Assembly (NCBI GenBank): GCA_031409655.1
Contig: JANNXQ010000214.1
Span: forward strand, 1 to 56,923
Length of the DNA: 56,923 nt
From: Chthoniobacteraceae bacterium
Lineage (GTDB): Bacteria; Verrucomicrobiota; Verrucomicrobiia; Chthoniobacterales; Chthoniobacteraceae
Direction: 5' to 3'
Shown: one piece after another, positions 45,959-56,923 of the stretch
Numbering within the stretch: position 1 is the first letter of the stretch
Layout: every line of letters starts with the position of its first letter
The notes under the pieces: generated by a model
What the model was told of the DNA's origin: nothing
The model's database searches: none
What the model saw: the letters and a program-made list of their open reading frames with translations, nothing else
Program-made: the position numbers and the translations under genes

Positions 45959-47191
45959 ATGAGCACACCAGCCACTCCCACCACTCCCGCCAAGAAGGTG
46001 AACCTCCGCACTCCCGACGTGATGGCGGCCGTGCAGGCGCAGGTGGAGACGCACTACCGGAGTGAGATCGTCGAGCGCCTGCGCGCGAGCGGCGGCACGC
46101 TCTCCTGCGAAGGGGTCACCGTGCGGCTGGCGAAGCAGTTCGGCTTTTGCTACGGCGTCGAGCGGGCCATCGACCTCGCCTACGCGGCGGCGAAAGTCTT
46201 CACTGATCGCCGCCTCTTCATCCTCGGCGAGATCATCCACAACCCCGAGGTGAACCAGCAGATCGCCGAACTCGGGATCAAAAATCTGCTCGGCAAATCA
46301 CCCGACGCCGATGTCTCCGAGCTCACTGCCGAGGACGTGGTCATCGTCCCGGCCTTCGGCACCGACGTCACCACCCTCGCGCAAATCAAAGAGCGTGGCT
46401 GCCAGATCGTGGACACCACCTGCGGCGACGTGATGAGCGTCTGGAAGCGGGTGAAACAGAATGCGCAGGACGACATGACGTCGATCATCCACGGCAAGGC
46501 CACGCACGAAGAAACGAAGGCCACGGCCTCGCGGGCCATCGTCGCCGGCAAGGGGCACTACCTCATCGTGCTCACGCTGCGGGACACGGATTACGTCTGC
46601 GATTACATCCGCCGCAGCGGCGACAAGGCAGCGTTCCTGGAGCGTTTCCAAGGTGCGTATAGCGAAGGCTTCGATCCCGATCTGCATCTGCGCCGCGTCG
46701 GTGTCGCGAATCAAACTACGATGATGCGCGGCGAAACCGAGGAAGTGCAGCGGCGCATCATGGCCGCGGTGCGCGAGCGCGACGGCGAAGGAGCTGCGGA
46801 GAAAAATTTCCGCTTCTTCGACACCATTTGCGGCGCCACCCAGGAGCGGCAGGACGCGCTCCGCGACATGCTCGCCGCGCCCATGGATCTCCTCCTCGTC
46901 ATCGGCGGCTACAATAGCTCAAACACTTCGCACCTCGCCGAGATGGGTGAGGAAAAGCTGCCCACTTACTTCATCCGCAACGCCAGCAAGCTCGAAAGCC
47001 GCGAGCGTATCGTCCACTACTGGGCGCGGGAAAAGCACGAGGTCACGAGCGAAGGCTGGCTGCCCAAGCTCCCCGTCGTCGTCGGCATCACCGCCGGCGC
47101 GAGCTGCCCGAACAATTTGATCGAAGACACCATCCTGCGGATCTACGAGCTGCACGGCATCTCGCGCGAGCGGCTGCTCGGTTCGGTCTGA
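45959..47191 (+). CDS. ispH: 4-hydroxy-3-methylbut-2-enyl diphosphate reductase
   Basis: GFCYGVERA, EIIHN, DTTC, HEET, NQTT, DTICGATQERQ, SSN, TAGAS. Confidence 0.95.
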   Translation: MSTPATPTTPAKKVNLRTPDVMAAVQAQVETHYRSEIVERLRASGGTLSCEGVTVRLAKQFGFCYGVERAIDLAYAAAKVFTDRRLFILGEIIHNPEVNQQIAELGIKNLLGKSPDADVSELTAEDVVIVPAFGTDVTTLAQIKERGCQIVDTTCGDVMSVWKRVKQNAQDDMTSIIHGKATHEETKATASRAIVAGKGHYLIVLTLRDTDYVCDYIRRSGDKAAFLERFQGAYSEGFDPDLHLRRVGVANQTTMMRGETEEVQRRIMAAVRERDGEGAAEKNFRFFDTICGATQERQDALRDMLAAPMDLLLVIGGYNSSNTSHLAEMGEEKLPTYFIRNASKLESRERIVHYWAREKHEVTSEGWLPKLPVVVGITAGASCPNNLIEDTILRIYELHGISRERLLGSV

Positions 47192-47196
47192 AGTAG

Positions 47197-48762
47197 TTAC
47201 TTCGCGGGGTTGGGCGGACGCAGGTGGCGCTGCCAATTCACCGGCGCATCATTCGCCTGCTTTGCGCCTGGAGTGCTTCGACCGTCGTTCACGAGCTTCT
47301 CCATGAGCGCGAGCATCTCCACGACGACCTCTGGCTTTGCATGGGCGAGATTCCGCGTCTCGCCGAGGTCGCTGGCAAGGTCGTAAAGTTGGACTGGCGG
47401 CGCCCCTCGGCTGGCTTTCGGGTCGGGCGCGGCGAGCAGCTTCCACGCCCCTTTCCGCAGCGCTGCGACGCCAGCCGAGGAGTGGCTGATCGCGTTTTCG
47501 CGCACCGGCTGCGTCCCGCCCTTGAGCAGAGGCAGCAGGCTCACGCTGTCCTCCCCGGCGTTGGCCGGGACCGCAAAGCCCCAAAGTTCACTGAGCGTCG
47601 CGAAGATATCCGCCTGATGCACGAGCTGCCCGCACACCTTCCTGGGCGCGACCACGCCCGGCCAGCGCGCGATGAAAGGAACGCGATGCCCGCCCTCCCA
47701 CGCGCTCGTCTTGTAGCCCCGCAGCGGCCCGCTGGGAAAATGCCCCTGCGCCTCCAGCTTCTTCGCGCCGGTGTAACTCGCGAACCCATTGTCGCTGCTG
47801 AAAATGACGAGCGTGTCCTGGGCGACGCCATGCTCCTCCAGCGCCTGCAAGACGCGCCCCACCGTAGCGTCAGTCTCCATGATGAGATCCGCCACCGGCA
47901 GCCCCAGGCCGCTTTTCCCGTCCCACTCCGCATTCACCGCGAGCGGCGTGTGCGGCGTGGTCAGCGGCAGGTAGAGCAGGAAGGGCTGCTTCGCCTTGGC
48001 CTGCCGGGAGATGAAATCCACCGCGCGATCGCGCAACGCTGGGAGGATGCCTTCCAGCTTCCAGCCTGCCAGCGCTGGTCCCGGAAGACTCGCGAGATGA
48101 TTTTTGAAAAGTGCCCCTGGCAGAAACTCGGTCGGCACTCCCTGTACGCGATCGTTCTCGATGAAAGCGTAGGGTGGCCAGTTCGGCACATCCGTTCCGA
48201 AATACTCATCGAAGCCGCGCGTGGTGGGCCCTTCGCCGATCGGCTGCGCAAAGACCTCCGCCCAAGCCGCGCGGTGGGCATCGGTGGCGAGGGCGGCGCC
48301 CTTTCCACGCGCCGCGGTGAAGTATTGTTTCTTCTCCGCCGGGATCGGCCACCGCTCGCCGAGATGCCACTTTCCGATGCAGGCCGTCCGATAGCCGTGC
48401 TGTTTCGCGAGCCCCGCGATCGTCAGCCGATCCGGCGCGATCAGCGGCCCCTCCCAGAGGCCCACGATTCCGGCCTGCAGCCGGGTCCGCCAGTGGTAGC
48501 GACCCGTGAGCAGCGCATAGCGCGAAGGAGAACACACCCCACTGCTCGAATGGGCATCGGTAAAACGCATCCCTTCGCGCGCCAGTCGATCCAGGTTCGG
48601 CGTGGGAATCTTGCCGCGCTCGGGATTGTAACATTGCAAGTCCCCGTAACCGAGGTCATCGGCAAGAATGATGAGCACGTTGGGCTTTGCCGCCGCCGCG
48701 AACGATGAGGCGCCGACGATCGCGAGCAGGCAGGTCAGCGGGAGGACGAAAAAGCGTTTCAT
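47197..48762 (-). CDS. Arylsulfatase (formylglycine-dependent)
   Basis: Signal peptide, ILADDLGYGD, CSPSRYALLTG, GKWHLG, SDNG, EGGHRVP. Confidence 0.95.
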   Translation of the reverse strand: MKRFFVLPLTCLLAIVGASSFAAAAKPNVLIILADDLGYGDLQCYNPERGKIPTPNLDRLAREGMRFTDAHSSSGVCSPSRYALLTGRYHWRTRLQAGIVGLWEGPLIAPDRLTIAGLAKQHGYRTACIGKWHLGERWPIPAEKKQYFTAARGKGAALATDAHRAAWAEVFAQPIGEGPTTRGFDEYFGTDVPNWPPYAFIENDRVQGVPTEFLPGALFKNHLASLPGPALAGWKLEGILPALRDRAVDFISRQAKAKQPFLLYLPLTTPHTPLAVNAEWDGKSGLGLPVADLIMETDATVGRVLQALEEHGVAQDTLVIFSSDNGFASYTGAKKLEAQGHFPSGPLRGYKTSAWEGGHRVPFIARWPGVVAPRKVCGQLVHQADIFATLSELWGFAVPANAGEDSVSLLPLLKGGTQPVRENAISHSSAGVAALRKGAWKLLAAPDPKASRGAPPVQLYDLASDLGETRNLAHAKPEVVVEMLALMEKLVNDGRSTPGAKQANDAPVNWQRHLRPPNPAK

Positions 48763-49009
48763 AGCGGAATACATGGCAACTAAAGGAGGAGAACAATTTC
48801 GCCCATGCGAGCAGCTCGGGCGGCGCGGTGAATGAGCCCGCAAGCCTCCGAACCTTTGCCCCTTTGGACCCTGAGCGGGCCTCAGCATCGACGAGAGAAG
48901 CTGGCGGGCGGCGAAAACTTTGCCGCCAGCGCGCGCCTCCCTGCTCCGCTTGCGCGGATATCCGTTCGCGCAGGAAGACGTGTGGTGCCATAAAGGTCGG
49001 GAGCACCCG

Positions 49010-52000
49010 ATGAACGGCCTGAATCCCACGCGACCTCACTTCCTCGTTCTATCGGTCTGCTGCTTGGTTTTCGGATTTCTGGCGGCCTGGATCGTATCTC
49101 GCGCGTTCTGGATGGAGCCACTTTCCGCCAAAAATCGGCCTGCTTCCGCGCGTTCCAATCCGGTGGCGTGTGACGCTGCACCCCCGGGTGCGGTCGCTCC
49201 GGAAGCACCGTCCACCGTATCCGCTTCGCGAGCCCCCACGCCTTCGCCGGTGCTTGCCGATGATGATTCCCTGGCGCGAGCACTGAGCGCAGCCCGACAC
49301 CGCATCGTCCCCGTGAGCGAGCGGGAGCGGCAGATCGAGATGAATCGCGGTGCGCGCTTTTTTGCCGCCAATCCGCGCCAGGATCTCACGCTGCGCTTCC
49401 TTGACGACCGGGTGCGGCTGGCGTCCGGGCAGTCCGGCCAAACCTGGGAGGGAGAACTCACCTTGCTCGGTGTGACGCGCGACGTCGAGTCCGGGCCGGA
49501 GCCGGGCGGAGGTGTGGCGGTCTCGGCAGACGAGAGCCGGGTAGAATTTTTGCGACGCGACCTCACCGAGTGGTATGTGAACGCGCCCGCGGGATTCGAG
49601 CATGGCTTCACCCTGTTCAAGAGCCCACCCGGCGCGGAGACGTCCTCCTCGTTCACGGTGACGATGAAGCTGGAAGGTCTCACCGCCACGCCTTCCGACA
49701 CGGACGATGGCGGGCTCACGCTCTCGACCCCCGCAGGCGCGCCAGTGGCCAGTTACAGCCACCTCGTGGTCGCCGACGCGATGGGGCGGCGGCTCCCGGC
49801 GCATCTGGAATCCGCGCCTGACCGCATCCGCATCGTCGTGGCGGACGCCGGCGCAGTGTATCCAGTGACCATTGATCCGCTGATCGGCTCGCTCGAGCAA
49901 CGTCTCGGATTCCCGGCGGGCGACGCGCAACCCGGGGAAAAATTTGGCGCGAGCGTGAGCCTTTCGGGAGACACCGCGGCGATCGGTGCGCCCTATGACG
50001 CGCACGCGCTCGGAGCGGATGCGGGCAGCGTCTATGTGTTCACTCGCCCGAGTTCCGGCGTGTGGAGCTTTCGCACAAAGTTGTATTCACAGGCGGCGGA
50101 CCAGCCGCTGTATTTCGGCGCGCGCGTAGCCATCAGCGGCACCACGATCGCCGCGGCGGGCTACGGCCACACCATTCTCGGAAAGGTGTATGTCTTTGCC
50201 GGAGCGGGCGCGACTTGGACGGAGGACGCGCAATTGCCCGTGAATGCAAGCGCGCTGGCACTCGAAGGCAACACGCTGCTTGTCGGCGCTGCGAGTCGCG
50301 ACACCACACGCGGCTACAGCGCGGGCGCGGCTTTCGTCTTTGCCCGCAGCGGTCAGACGTGGACGCAGCTGGCGCAACTCGAAGCGGGCGACGGCGCGGC
50401 GCAGGATTACTTTGGCGGGGCGGTGGCGATCCAAGGAGACACCGCCGTCGTGGGCGCCATCGGTCACGACTTCGCCGACTATCGAACCGATGCCGGCAGC
50501 GTTTACGTATTCGCACGGAGCGGGACGGCGTGGACGCAACAAGCGGCTCTGGCCGCGCCCGTCCCAGCAGCCTACGAACGCTTCGGCGAATCCGTCGCCC
50601 TCGGCGGCGGCAGAATTCTTGCCGGATCGCCTAACCGGAACAAAGTCCACGCCTTTGCCCAAAACGGCTCCGCCTGGATCCATGAGGCCACATTGCAACC
50701 CACCAACCCGGGCTCTCTTCCAGGACTGTTTGGCGCCGCCGTGGCCTTGGCGGGCAACACCGCGCTCATTACAGATCCCTACCGCGGCCTCTGCGAACGT
50801 TTTTCCCACGCGACCGGCGCATGGCTCGCCGCGCCGGCCCTCGTACCCTCGGATCCGTTGGTGCAGAGGCCCAGTTTCGGCAGCGCGCTCGCCTTCGATG
50901 GGACGACCGCGCTGATCGGTTTTCCCGGCGCCGATCTACCCACCGTCTCCCAGGCCGGCGCGGTGTCCGTCTTTCGGCAGACCGGAGGAACGTGGACGCA
51001 GGAGGCGCTCCTCGCGCCAGCGGGAGGCGCGAACAGCGACGGTCTCGGCTCCAGCGTCGCGCTGAGCGGCGATACGCTCATCGCCGGAACGCCCACCGCC
51101 GACACCCCGGCGGGCAACGAAGCTGGCCGCGCGTTCGTCTTTGTCCGCTCCGGCGCGATCTGGTCTGAGCAGGCCGCGCTCATCCCGGCGGGAGGCGCGG
51201 CGGGCGATCACTTCGGTCAGGCGGTGGCGGTCAGCGGCAACACCGCGCTCGTCGGCGCGCCAAATTCGTACTCAAGATGGCGGCGCTCATGTCTTCACGC
51301 GCTCCGGTTCGATGTGGACGGAACAGGCCAAGCTCGCCGCCGATGTCTTCGAAGGCTTCGCTGGCTTTGGTGCCGCCGTGGCGATCGAAGGCCAGACCGC
51401 GATCATCGGCGCGCCGCGTCGCAACCTCGATCCCTTCCCCCGGGCCGGTGCGGGCTACGTCTTTCTGCGCTCCGGTCAGGCTTGGGCGCTCGAGACCACC
51501 CTGACGGCGTCGGACCCCGGATCCTACGCGGCGCTGGGTTCGGCCGTCGCCCTTTCCGGCGAAGTCGCTGTGCTCGGCGCGCCTTACGCCAGCGATGGTG
51601 CCGCACAAAATGGTGCCGCCTACGTCTTCCGTCGCAATGGTGGTGTCTGGACGCAGCAAATAAAGCTCACCGCCTCCGACGGACAATCTGGTGACGAGTT
51701 TGGAAGAGCCATCGCGGTGGACGGTGGTACGATCCTCGTCGGGGCGCCCGAACATGACGCCGGAGGCTATCTCGACGAAGGCTGCGCCTACATTTTCACC
51801 GGCAGCGGCAGCGCCTGGACCCAGCAAGCGCAGCTCATGCCCTCAATGCGATACAGTTACACTTTCCGCGGCGGCGCGGTGGCCTTGCGGGGCGATGTCG
51901 CCGTCCTCGGGCAGAGTTTCGTGCCTACCTTCTACGTCCCCTCGGGGGAAGCCGTCGTCTTCCGCCGCACCAGTGCGGCCTGGGTTCAGGATGTCGTGCT

Positions 52001-52934
52001 CTCCGGCGATGCCTTCGGGGTCGGAGATCACTTTGGGGCGGCGCTCGCGCTCGATGGCGACACCCTCATTGTCGGCGCTCCAGCCGAGGCTGGCGTCACT
52101 CCCGATGGCGGCAAGATCCCAAATGTCGGCGCCATCTACGTCGAGCGCCTTGTCAGCGGCAGCGCGGAAATTTCTCTCCACGACGGTGCCAGTATCGCCG
52201 CACCGGAGCTGCAATCCGGCCAGGCCGCTCCGGTGGACTTTGGCTTCATCGCGCTCGGCGGCGTGGTCACGCGGGACTTCACCATCCGCAACACCGGCGA
52301 CAGTCCGCTGCTCATCCGGGGACTTGCGGGCTTCTTCGAGTTCTCCGTGCTCAACGCGCCCGCGAGCATCCCGACCGGGCAATCCCCCGTTTTCCAAGCG
52401 CGCTTCACGGCGTCGAGCGTCGGTTCCGCGTTTTGGGAAATGGCCATCTTCACCAACGATGCGGACGAGCCCCTGTTCCTTGTCAAAATGACGGCTGCCA
52501 CCTATCCCGATGCCTACTTTGCTTGGGCCGCGGCCGCGGGCCTCACCGGCGATTTGCGGCATACCGCCGCCAACCCCGCCTCCGACGGTGTCGCCAATCT
52601 CTTAAAATACGCCTTCAATCTCGACCCGACGACGCACGACCGGCGCACGCTCATTCCCGGCACTGGTACAGTCGGCCTCCCCGCGATCGAGGAAGACAAT
52701 CAAAGCCCCAGTCACGCCTTTGTCGGTCTGCGCATTGAATTCGTGCGCCGGATTGACGGCGGGATCACTTACTTCCCTGAATTTTCGAGGGATCTGAGCG
52801 ACTGGACGAATTACTACCCCCAGCCCGTCATCACGCCACTTGGTGGCGGTTGGGAGCGAGTCATCGTAATCGGAAGCTACGAACGCACTCCCGGCATGAA
52901 GATCTTTGGCCGCGTCCGCGTCCGGATTCCGTAG
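49010..52934 (+). pseudogene. FG-GAP repeat surface protein with Ig-like domain and C-terminal putative anchoring domain, split by a +1 frameshift near 51272
   Basis: FGxxVA..G...VGAP repeats continue across ORFs 48920-51694 and 51141-52934. Frames join at cca aat tcg tac t caa gat ggc. Confidence 0.8.
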
Positions 52935-53009
52935 CAGCGATTTTATCCACTCTGTTTCGTGCGTGGATGCTTGTCCGCCAGCCCCGCCCGGGGGATATGA
53001 TGGTATCCA

Positions 53010-56000
53010 ATGTTCATCGCACCGAACCTCGAAGTCTCCGCCCGCGATTATCTGCACACTTTTCCGGCGAAGACCGTGAAGAAAGGGGAGGCGATCTTCG
53101 CCGAGGGTGCAGTGCGCGAAGTGGCCGCGGGGGACGGCGCAATCTACTTCGCCTCCGTGCAGGGTTCGCTGCTCTACGAGGCGACCCTCGCTCTCGAGAA
53201 TGACTCCTGGTTCGGCGATTGCACGTGCCCGCTGGAGGGGGACTGCGAACACTGCTACGCGGCGATGCGCTGGCTGCTCGATGGGGTCGAGTCCACGTCG
53301 CCGTCCCCGGCTCCAGCGGCCACGCCGGAGCGGAGCGCGTCGCCTAAAAAATCCTTCCCCGCCTTCATCGAGCAGAAGCTCGGGCGGAAGCTCCAGCCCG
53401 GCGAGAAGCGCGTGGTCACCGCGATCGACGACCTTTTCAAAAACCACGCCGACTCCGCGCACATCGCGGAGTATCTGCTCGCACCCATCCTCGGCGGCGC
53501 GAGCGCCTGGCAGTACGCGATGCATCAAGTCTGGCCCGCTCCGCCCCGCGATGCCTGGGAGGCCTGGCTCTACCTCGCCCATTTTCTCCGCGGGCGGAAA
53601 AAGAGCGCGCCGCCCTTTCTCGCGCAGATCACTCCGGAGACGGAGGTCGAGGCCTTCGTCCACGAGTGGCAGCGGCGCGAGGCCATCGAACACTGGAGCC
53701 GGCAGTTCGGGCAATTCGCCGCGCGCACGGAAGCCAGCAGTGCGGTGGTCACGGACCTGCGGGCCGTCTTTGCGGAGATCGGCGTGCGCCTGGAGGCGAG
53801 TGACGATGGCGGCGCGACGTTCGAGTTGCTGAAAAAGACCCACTACGCGCAGATGGAGCGCGAATTTGGCAGCGGCCGGCTGCAGCTCACCGCCCCGGCC
53901 GCACTGCTCTGGTCGGCCTTCCGCACCGCTCAGGCGAAGGATGGCGTGCTGCGCTACGACACGCCGGATTCCGCCACCGCACTCAATGAACTGCTCCGCA
54001 ATCCGCTCCTCGCCGAGCGCCTGCTCGGGGTGCGCCGCGATCCGCTGCGCCGCGCCGAAGAACGGCTCCAGTGGAAGATCGAACCGGCCACGACGGAGAC
54101 GGAGGACTATCGCTTTACCCTCGTGCTCCCGGATGGCACGCCGCCGCCGCCGCCGCTCGTGGCCGTGGATGGCCAGCCGGCGCTCTACGTCACCAGCGAC
54201 ACGATCTTCGAGGCTCCGCCGCTCGGCGGACTGAACGTCGCCGAGACGAATCGCGTGCCCGCGCCCGCGCTCGAGACGAATCACGGCCTGACGCTGCTCG
54301 ATGCCATCGGCGTCGCGCCACCGCCGCGCATCGCGGAGCGCACCCGCACCGTCCGGGCGCGGGTCGTCTTTCGCTGCCACGTCGAGGAACTGGAGTTTGG
54401 CGAGGGCGAGGTGCTCAAGGTCGCGATCAGCGCCGATCTTGGCGACGCCGCCGCGGCCCAGCGTTATGGGGCAGAAGGCTGGCAAGACCTTCCCTCCACG
54501 AGACCGCCGGCCCCCGTGCTCGCGCGGATCGATCGCACTGCGTGCCGCGCGACGCCCCGCGCGGTCGAGGCGCTGCGCGTGAATTGGAACCCCTATCGCC
54601 ACGTGTGGGATCGGTCGCTCGGCAAAAAATTTCCCGGCGAACTGACCGAGTGGCTCGCCGCGCTGCCGCCGGGCATCGAGGTCGAACTCGATCCGCTGCT
54701 CGCCACCCTGCGCGACGCCCCCATCGCCGCGAGCGTGCGCCTCGATGTCGAGGAGGCGGGCGTCGATTGGTTCGATCTGCGCGTCGCGCTCGATGTCGCC
54801 GACACCACGCTCACGCAGGAGGAGCTCAAGCTCCTGCTCGACGCTGGCGGCGGCTATGTGCGGCTCGGCGCGAAAGGCTGGCGGCGGCTCGAATTCAATC
54901 TCAGCGACGAAGACGAAAAAAATCTCGCCGAACTCGGCCTCAGCGCGCGCGAACTTTCCAGCGAGCCGCAGCGCCTCCACGCGCTCCAGCTCGCCGGGAA
55001 AAAGGGCGCGCGACTCATGCCCGAGCGGCACTTCGCGGCCATCGAGCGCAAGGTCGAGGAGATCCAGACGCGCGTCGCGCCGCCCGTGCCGGAGGCGATC
55101 CACGCCGACCTGCGTCCGTATCAGATCGAAGGTTTCCACTTCCTCGCCTACCTCACCACGAACCGCTTCGGCGGCATCCTCGCCGACGACATGGGTCTCG
55201 GCAAAACGCTGCAAGCGCTCGCCTGGCTCGCCTGGCTACCCGCGGAAGAGAAGTCGCAACCTTCGCTCGTCGTCTGCCCGAAAAGCGTGATGGGGAATTG
55301 GTCCGCCGAAGCCGAGCACTTTTGCCCGTCCCTCCGCGTGCGCCTGCTGCACAAAGGCGCGTGCGACGCCGCCGCCCTCGCCGCCGCGCGCGCGGAAGCC
55401 GACATCGTGGTTGCGAATTACACCCAGCTCCGCCTCCTCGAAGGCGAACTCACCGCCGCCCCGTGGCGCGCCGTGATCCTCGACGAAGCCCAGTACATCA
55501 AGAACCCCGAGTCGCAAACCGCCCGCATCGCCCTGGCTCTGAATGCTGCGCACCGCCTCGCCCTCAGCGGCACACCAATCGAAAATCGCTTGCTCGATCT
55601 CTGGAGCATCATGTCCTTCGCCATGCCCGGGGTGCTCGGCAATCGCGCGCAATTCAACAAGCGCTTCGATCAGAAAAACGACCCGCTCGCGCGCCTGCGC
55701 CTCTCTGCGCGCGTCCGCCCTTTCCTCCTCCGCCGGACGAAAAACGAAGTCGCGAAAGACCTACCGGATCGCATCGAGGAAGACCTCGTCTGCGAAATGG
55801 ACGGCGTGCAGGCGACGCTCTACCGCGCCGAACTCAAGCGCGCGCGGCAGCAACTCCTCAAACTCAAGACCTCCCGCGAACTCGACAAAGCGCGCTTCAA
55901 CATCCTCACCTCGCTCCTCCGTCTGCGGCAAATCTGCTGCCACCCCGCGCTGGTCAGCGAAAAAGCCACCGATGCCGAGAGCGCGAAACTCGGCGCGCTC

Positions 56001-56486
56001 CTGGACCTCCTCGAACCGCTCATCGAGGAAGGCCACAAGGTCCTCGTCTTCTCGCAGTTCGTCGAAATGCTCGCGCTCATCCGCGCCGAGATCGAGCAGC
56101 GCGGCTGGCGCCAGTTTCTCCTCACCGGTGCCACCGAAGATCGCGGCGCACTCGTCGCCGACTTCCAGAAAAGCGAAGGCGCCGGCGTCTTCCTCATCTC
56201 CCTACGCGCCGGCGGATTTGGCCTCAATCTCACCGCCGCGAGCTACGTCGTCCTCTTCGACCCCTGGTGGAATCCCGCCGTCGAAAACCAGGCCATCGAC
56301 CGCACCCACCGCATCGGCCAGACCAGCAAAGTGATCGCCTACCGCCTGCTCGTGAAGGAGAGCATCGAGGAAAAAATCCGCCACCTGCAGAAGCAAAAGA
56401 AAGCCCTCGCTGCCGACATCCTCGGCGAAGAAAGCTTCGCCCGCGGCCTGACGATGGACGACTTCCAATTCCTCCTCGCGGAGTAG
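53010..56486 (+). CDS. SWIM zinc finger / SNF2-family helicase
   Basis: CTC-N5-CEH SWIM motif; DDMGLGKT, DEAQ, SGTP, VFSQF, QAIDRTHRIGQ. Confidence 0.93.
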   Translation: MFIAPNLEVSARDYLHTFPAKTVKKGEAIFAEGAVREVAAGDGAIYFASVQGSLLYEATLALENDSWFGDCTCPLEGDCEHCYAAMRWLLDGVESTSPSPAPAATPERSASPKKSFPAFIEQKLGRKLQPGEKRVVTAIDDLFKNHADSAHIAEYLLAPILGGASAWQYAMHQVWPAPPRDAWEAWLYLAHFLRGRKKSAPPFLAQITPETEVEAFVHEWQRREAIEHWSRQFGQFAARTEASSAVVTDLRAVFAEIGVRLEASDDGGATFELLKKTHYAQMEREFGSGRLQLTAPAALLWSAFRTAQAKDGVLRYDTPDSATALNELLRNPLLAERLLGVRRDPLRRAEERLQWKIEPATTETEDYRFTLVLPDGTPPPPPLVAVDGQPALYVTSDTIFEAPPLGGLNVAETNRVPAPALETNHGLTLLDAIGVAPPPRIAERTRTVRARVVFRCHVEELEFGEGEVLKVAISADLGDAAAAQRYGAEGWQDLPSTRPPAPVLARIDRTACRATPRAVEALRVNWNPYRHVWDRSLGKKFPGELTEWLAALPPGIEVELDPLLATLRDAPIAASVRLDVEEAGVDWFDLRVALDVADTTLTQEELKLLLDAGGGYVRLGAKGWRRLEFNLSDEDEKNLAELGLSARELSSEPQRLHALQLAGKKGARLMPERHFAAIERKVEEIQTRVAPPVPEAIHADLRPYQIEGFHFLAYLTTNRFGGILADDMGLGKTLQALAWLAWLPAEEKSQPSLVVCPKSVMGNWSAEAEHFCPSLRVRLLHKGACDAAALAAARAEADIVVANYTQLRLLEGELTAAPWRAVILDEAQYIKNPESQTARIALALNAAHRLALSGTPIENRLLDLWSIMSFAMPGVLGNRAQFNKRFDQKNDPLARLRLSARVRPFLLRRTKNEVAKDLPDRIEEDLVCEMDGVQATLYRAELKRARQQLLKLKTSRELDKARFNILTSLLRLRQICCHPALVSEKATDAESAKLGALLDLLEPLIEEGHKVLVFSQFVEMLALIRAEIEQRGWRQFLLTGATEDRGALVADFQKSEGAGVFLISLRAGGFGLNLTAASYVVLFDPWWNPAVENQAIDRTHRIGQTSKVIAYRLLVKESIEEKIRHLQKQKKALAADILGEESFARGLTMDDFQFLLAE

Positions 56487-56506
56487 GCCGTCCGTCAGGC
56501 GCCCCT

Positions 56507-56923
56507 CTAGAGCCGGTAGAGCCGCAGGCCCGGGTGCAGATAGACCACCGTCCCATACGGCCGCTCGAAGAGCCGTTCGCACTCGGCGAAGAGTCGCTCG
56601 TAGAAACTTTTCATCCGCGCATGTTCGGCGCGGTCCGCCTCTTTGGGCACGAGACTTTTCTGGAAGAAGCGCCCGTAGTTGCTCTCCGTCACCGCCACGT
56701 GGGTGAAGCCATCCGCGCGCAACTTTTCCAGATCGCCAAACTCCGCCGCGTAACGATCTCCGGCGACCACCGTCTGCGACAAATCGAGGATCACCCGGCC
56801 GCGTTTGCGATTGCGCGGGCTCGGCAGCATCACCCGCTCGTCCTGCACGATCTTCGCGTCCGCCGGTAAATTCGCCTGGATGAACTCCGCCAGTTCCCGC
56901 CGATCGTCGTGCTGAAAGGCCTG
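56507..56923 (-). CDS. C-terminal part of a hypothetical protein, possibly a GT-C (ArnT/GT39-like) glycosyltransferase; 5' end outside window
   Basis: Frame is open to the window edge (QAFQHDDRRELAEFIQANLPADAKIV...HPGLRLYRL*). Confidence 0.55.
   Translation of the reverse strand, partial: QAFQHDDRRELAEFIQANLPADAKIVQDERVMLPSPRNRKRGRVILDLSQTVVAGDRYAAEFGDLEKLRADGFTHVAVTESNYGRFFQKSLVPKEADRAEHARMKSFYERLFAECERLFERPYGTVVYLHPGLRLYRL

Noticed and set aside
53010..56486. SNF2 helicase as part of an anti-phage defence system
   Set aside because: SWIM-SNF2 proteins are common stand-alone bacterial genes, and no methylase, nuclease or other defence genes are adjacent in the window.

Overview
GC-rich, gene-dense bacterial chromosomal window. 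Its gene set points to Verrucomicrobia/PVC (inference): a PVC-type heme-binding CxxCH protein, a planctomycete-type cytochrome c, multiple ExbBD-TPR clusters, a sulfatase and an FG-GAP surface protein. About 45 genes or remnants are supportable. Housekeeping genes include ahcY, a DEAD-box helicase, trmB, recA, metG and ispH. Also present are comEC, system II cytochrome c maturation (ResB/CcsA), ferritin-SufT, two ExbB/ExbD-TPR clusters without TonB, and a SWIM-SNF2 helicase. No rRNA, tRNA, CRISPR array, integrase or transposase was seen. The most distinctive signals are: (1) six elements with 7-nt periodicity, five as inverted arm pairs, each built from a different heptamer; (2) three REP-like palindrome families, one copy inserted in-frame in a protein; (3) an exbB-exbD-Pro-rich TPR-comEC operon, a candidate proton-motive-force-linked DNA uptake module; (4) an ExbB with a zinc-ribbon tail; (5) an orphan phage-like domain beside recA; (6) an atypical-codon segment inside metG; (7) an internally deleted PhnB/VOC remnant and a frameshifted surface protein. 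All family assignments come from motif recognition, not database searches.
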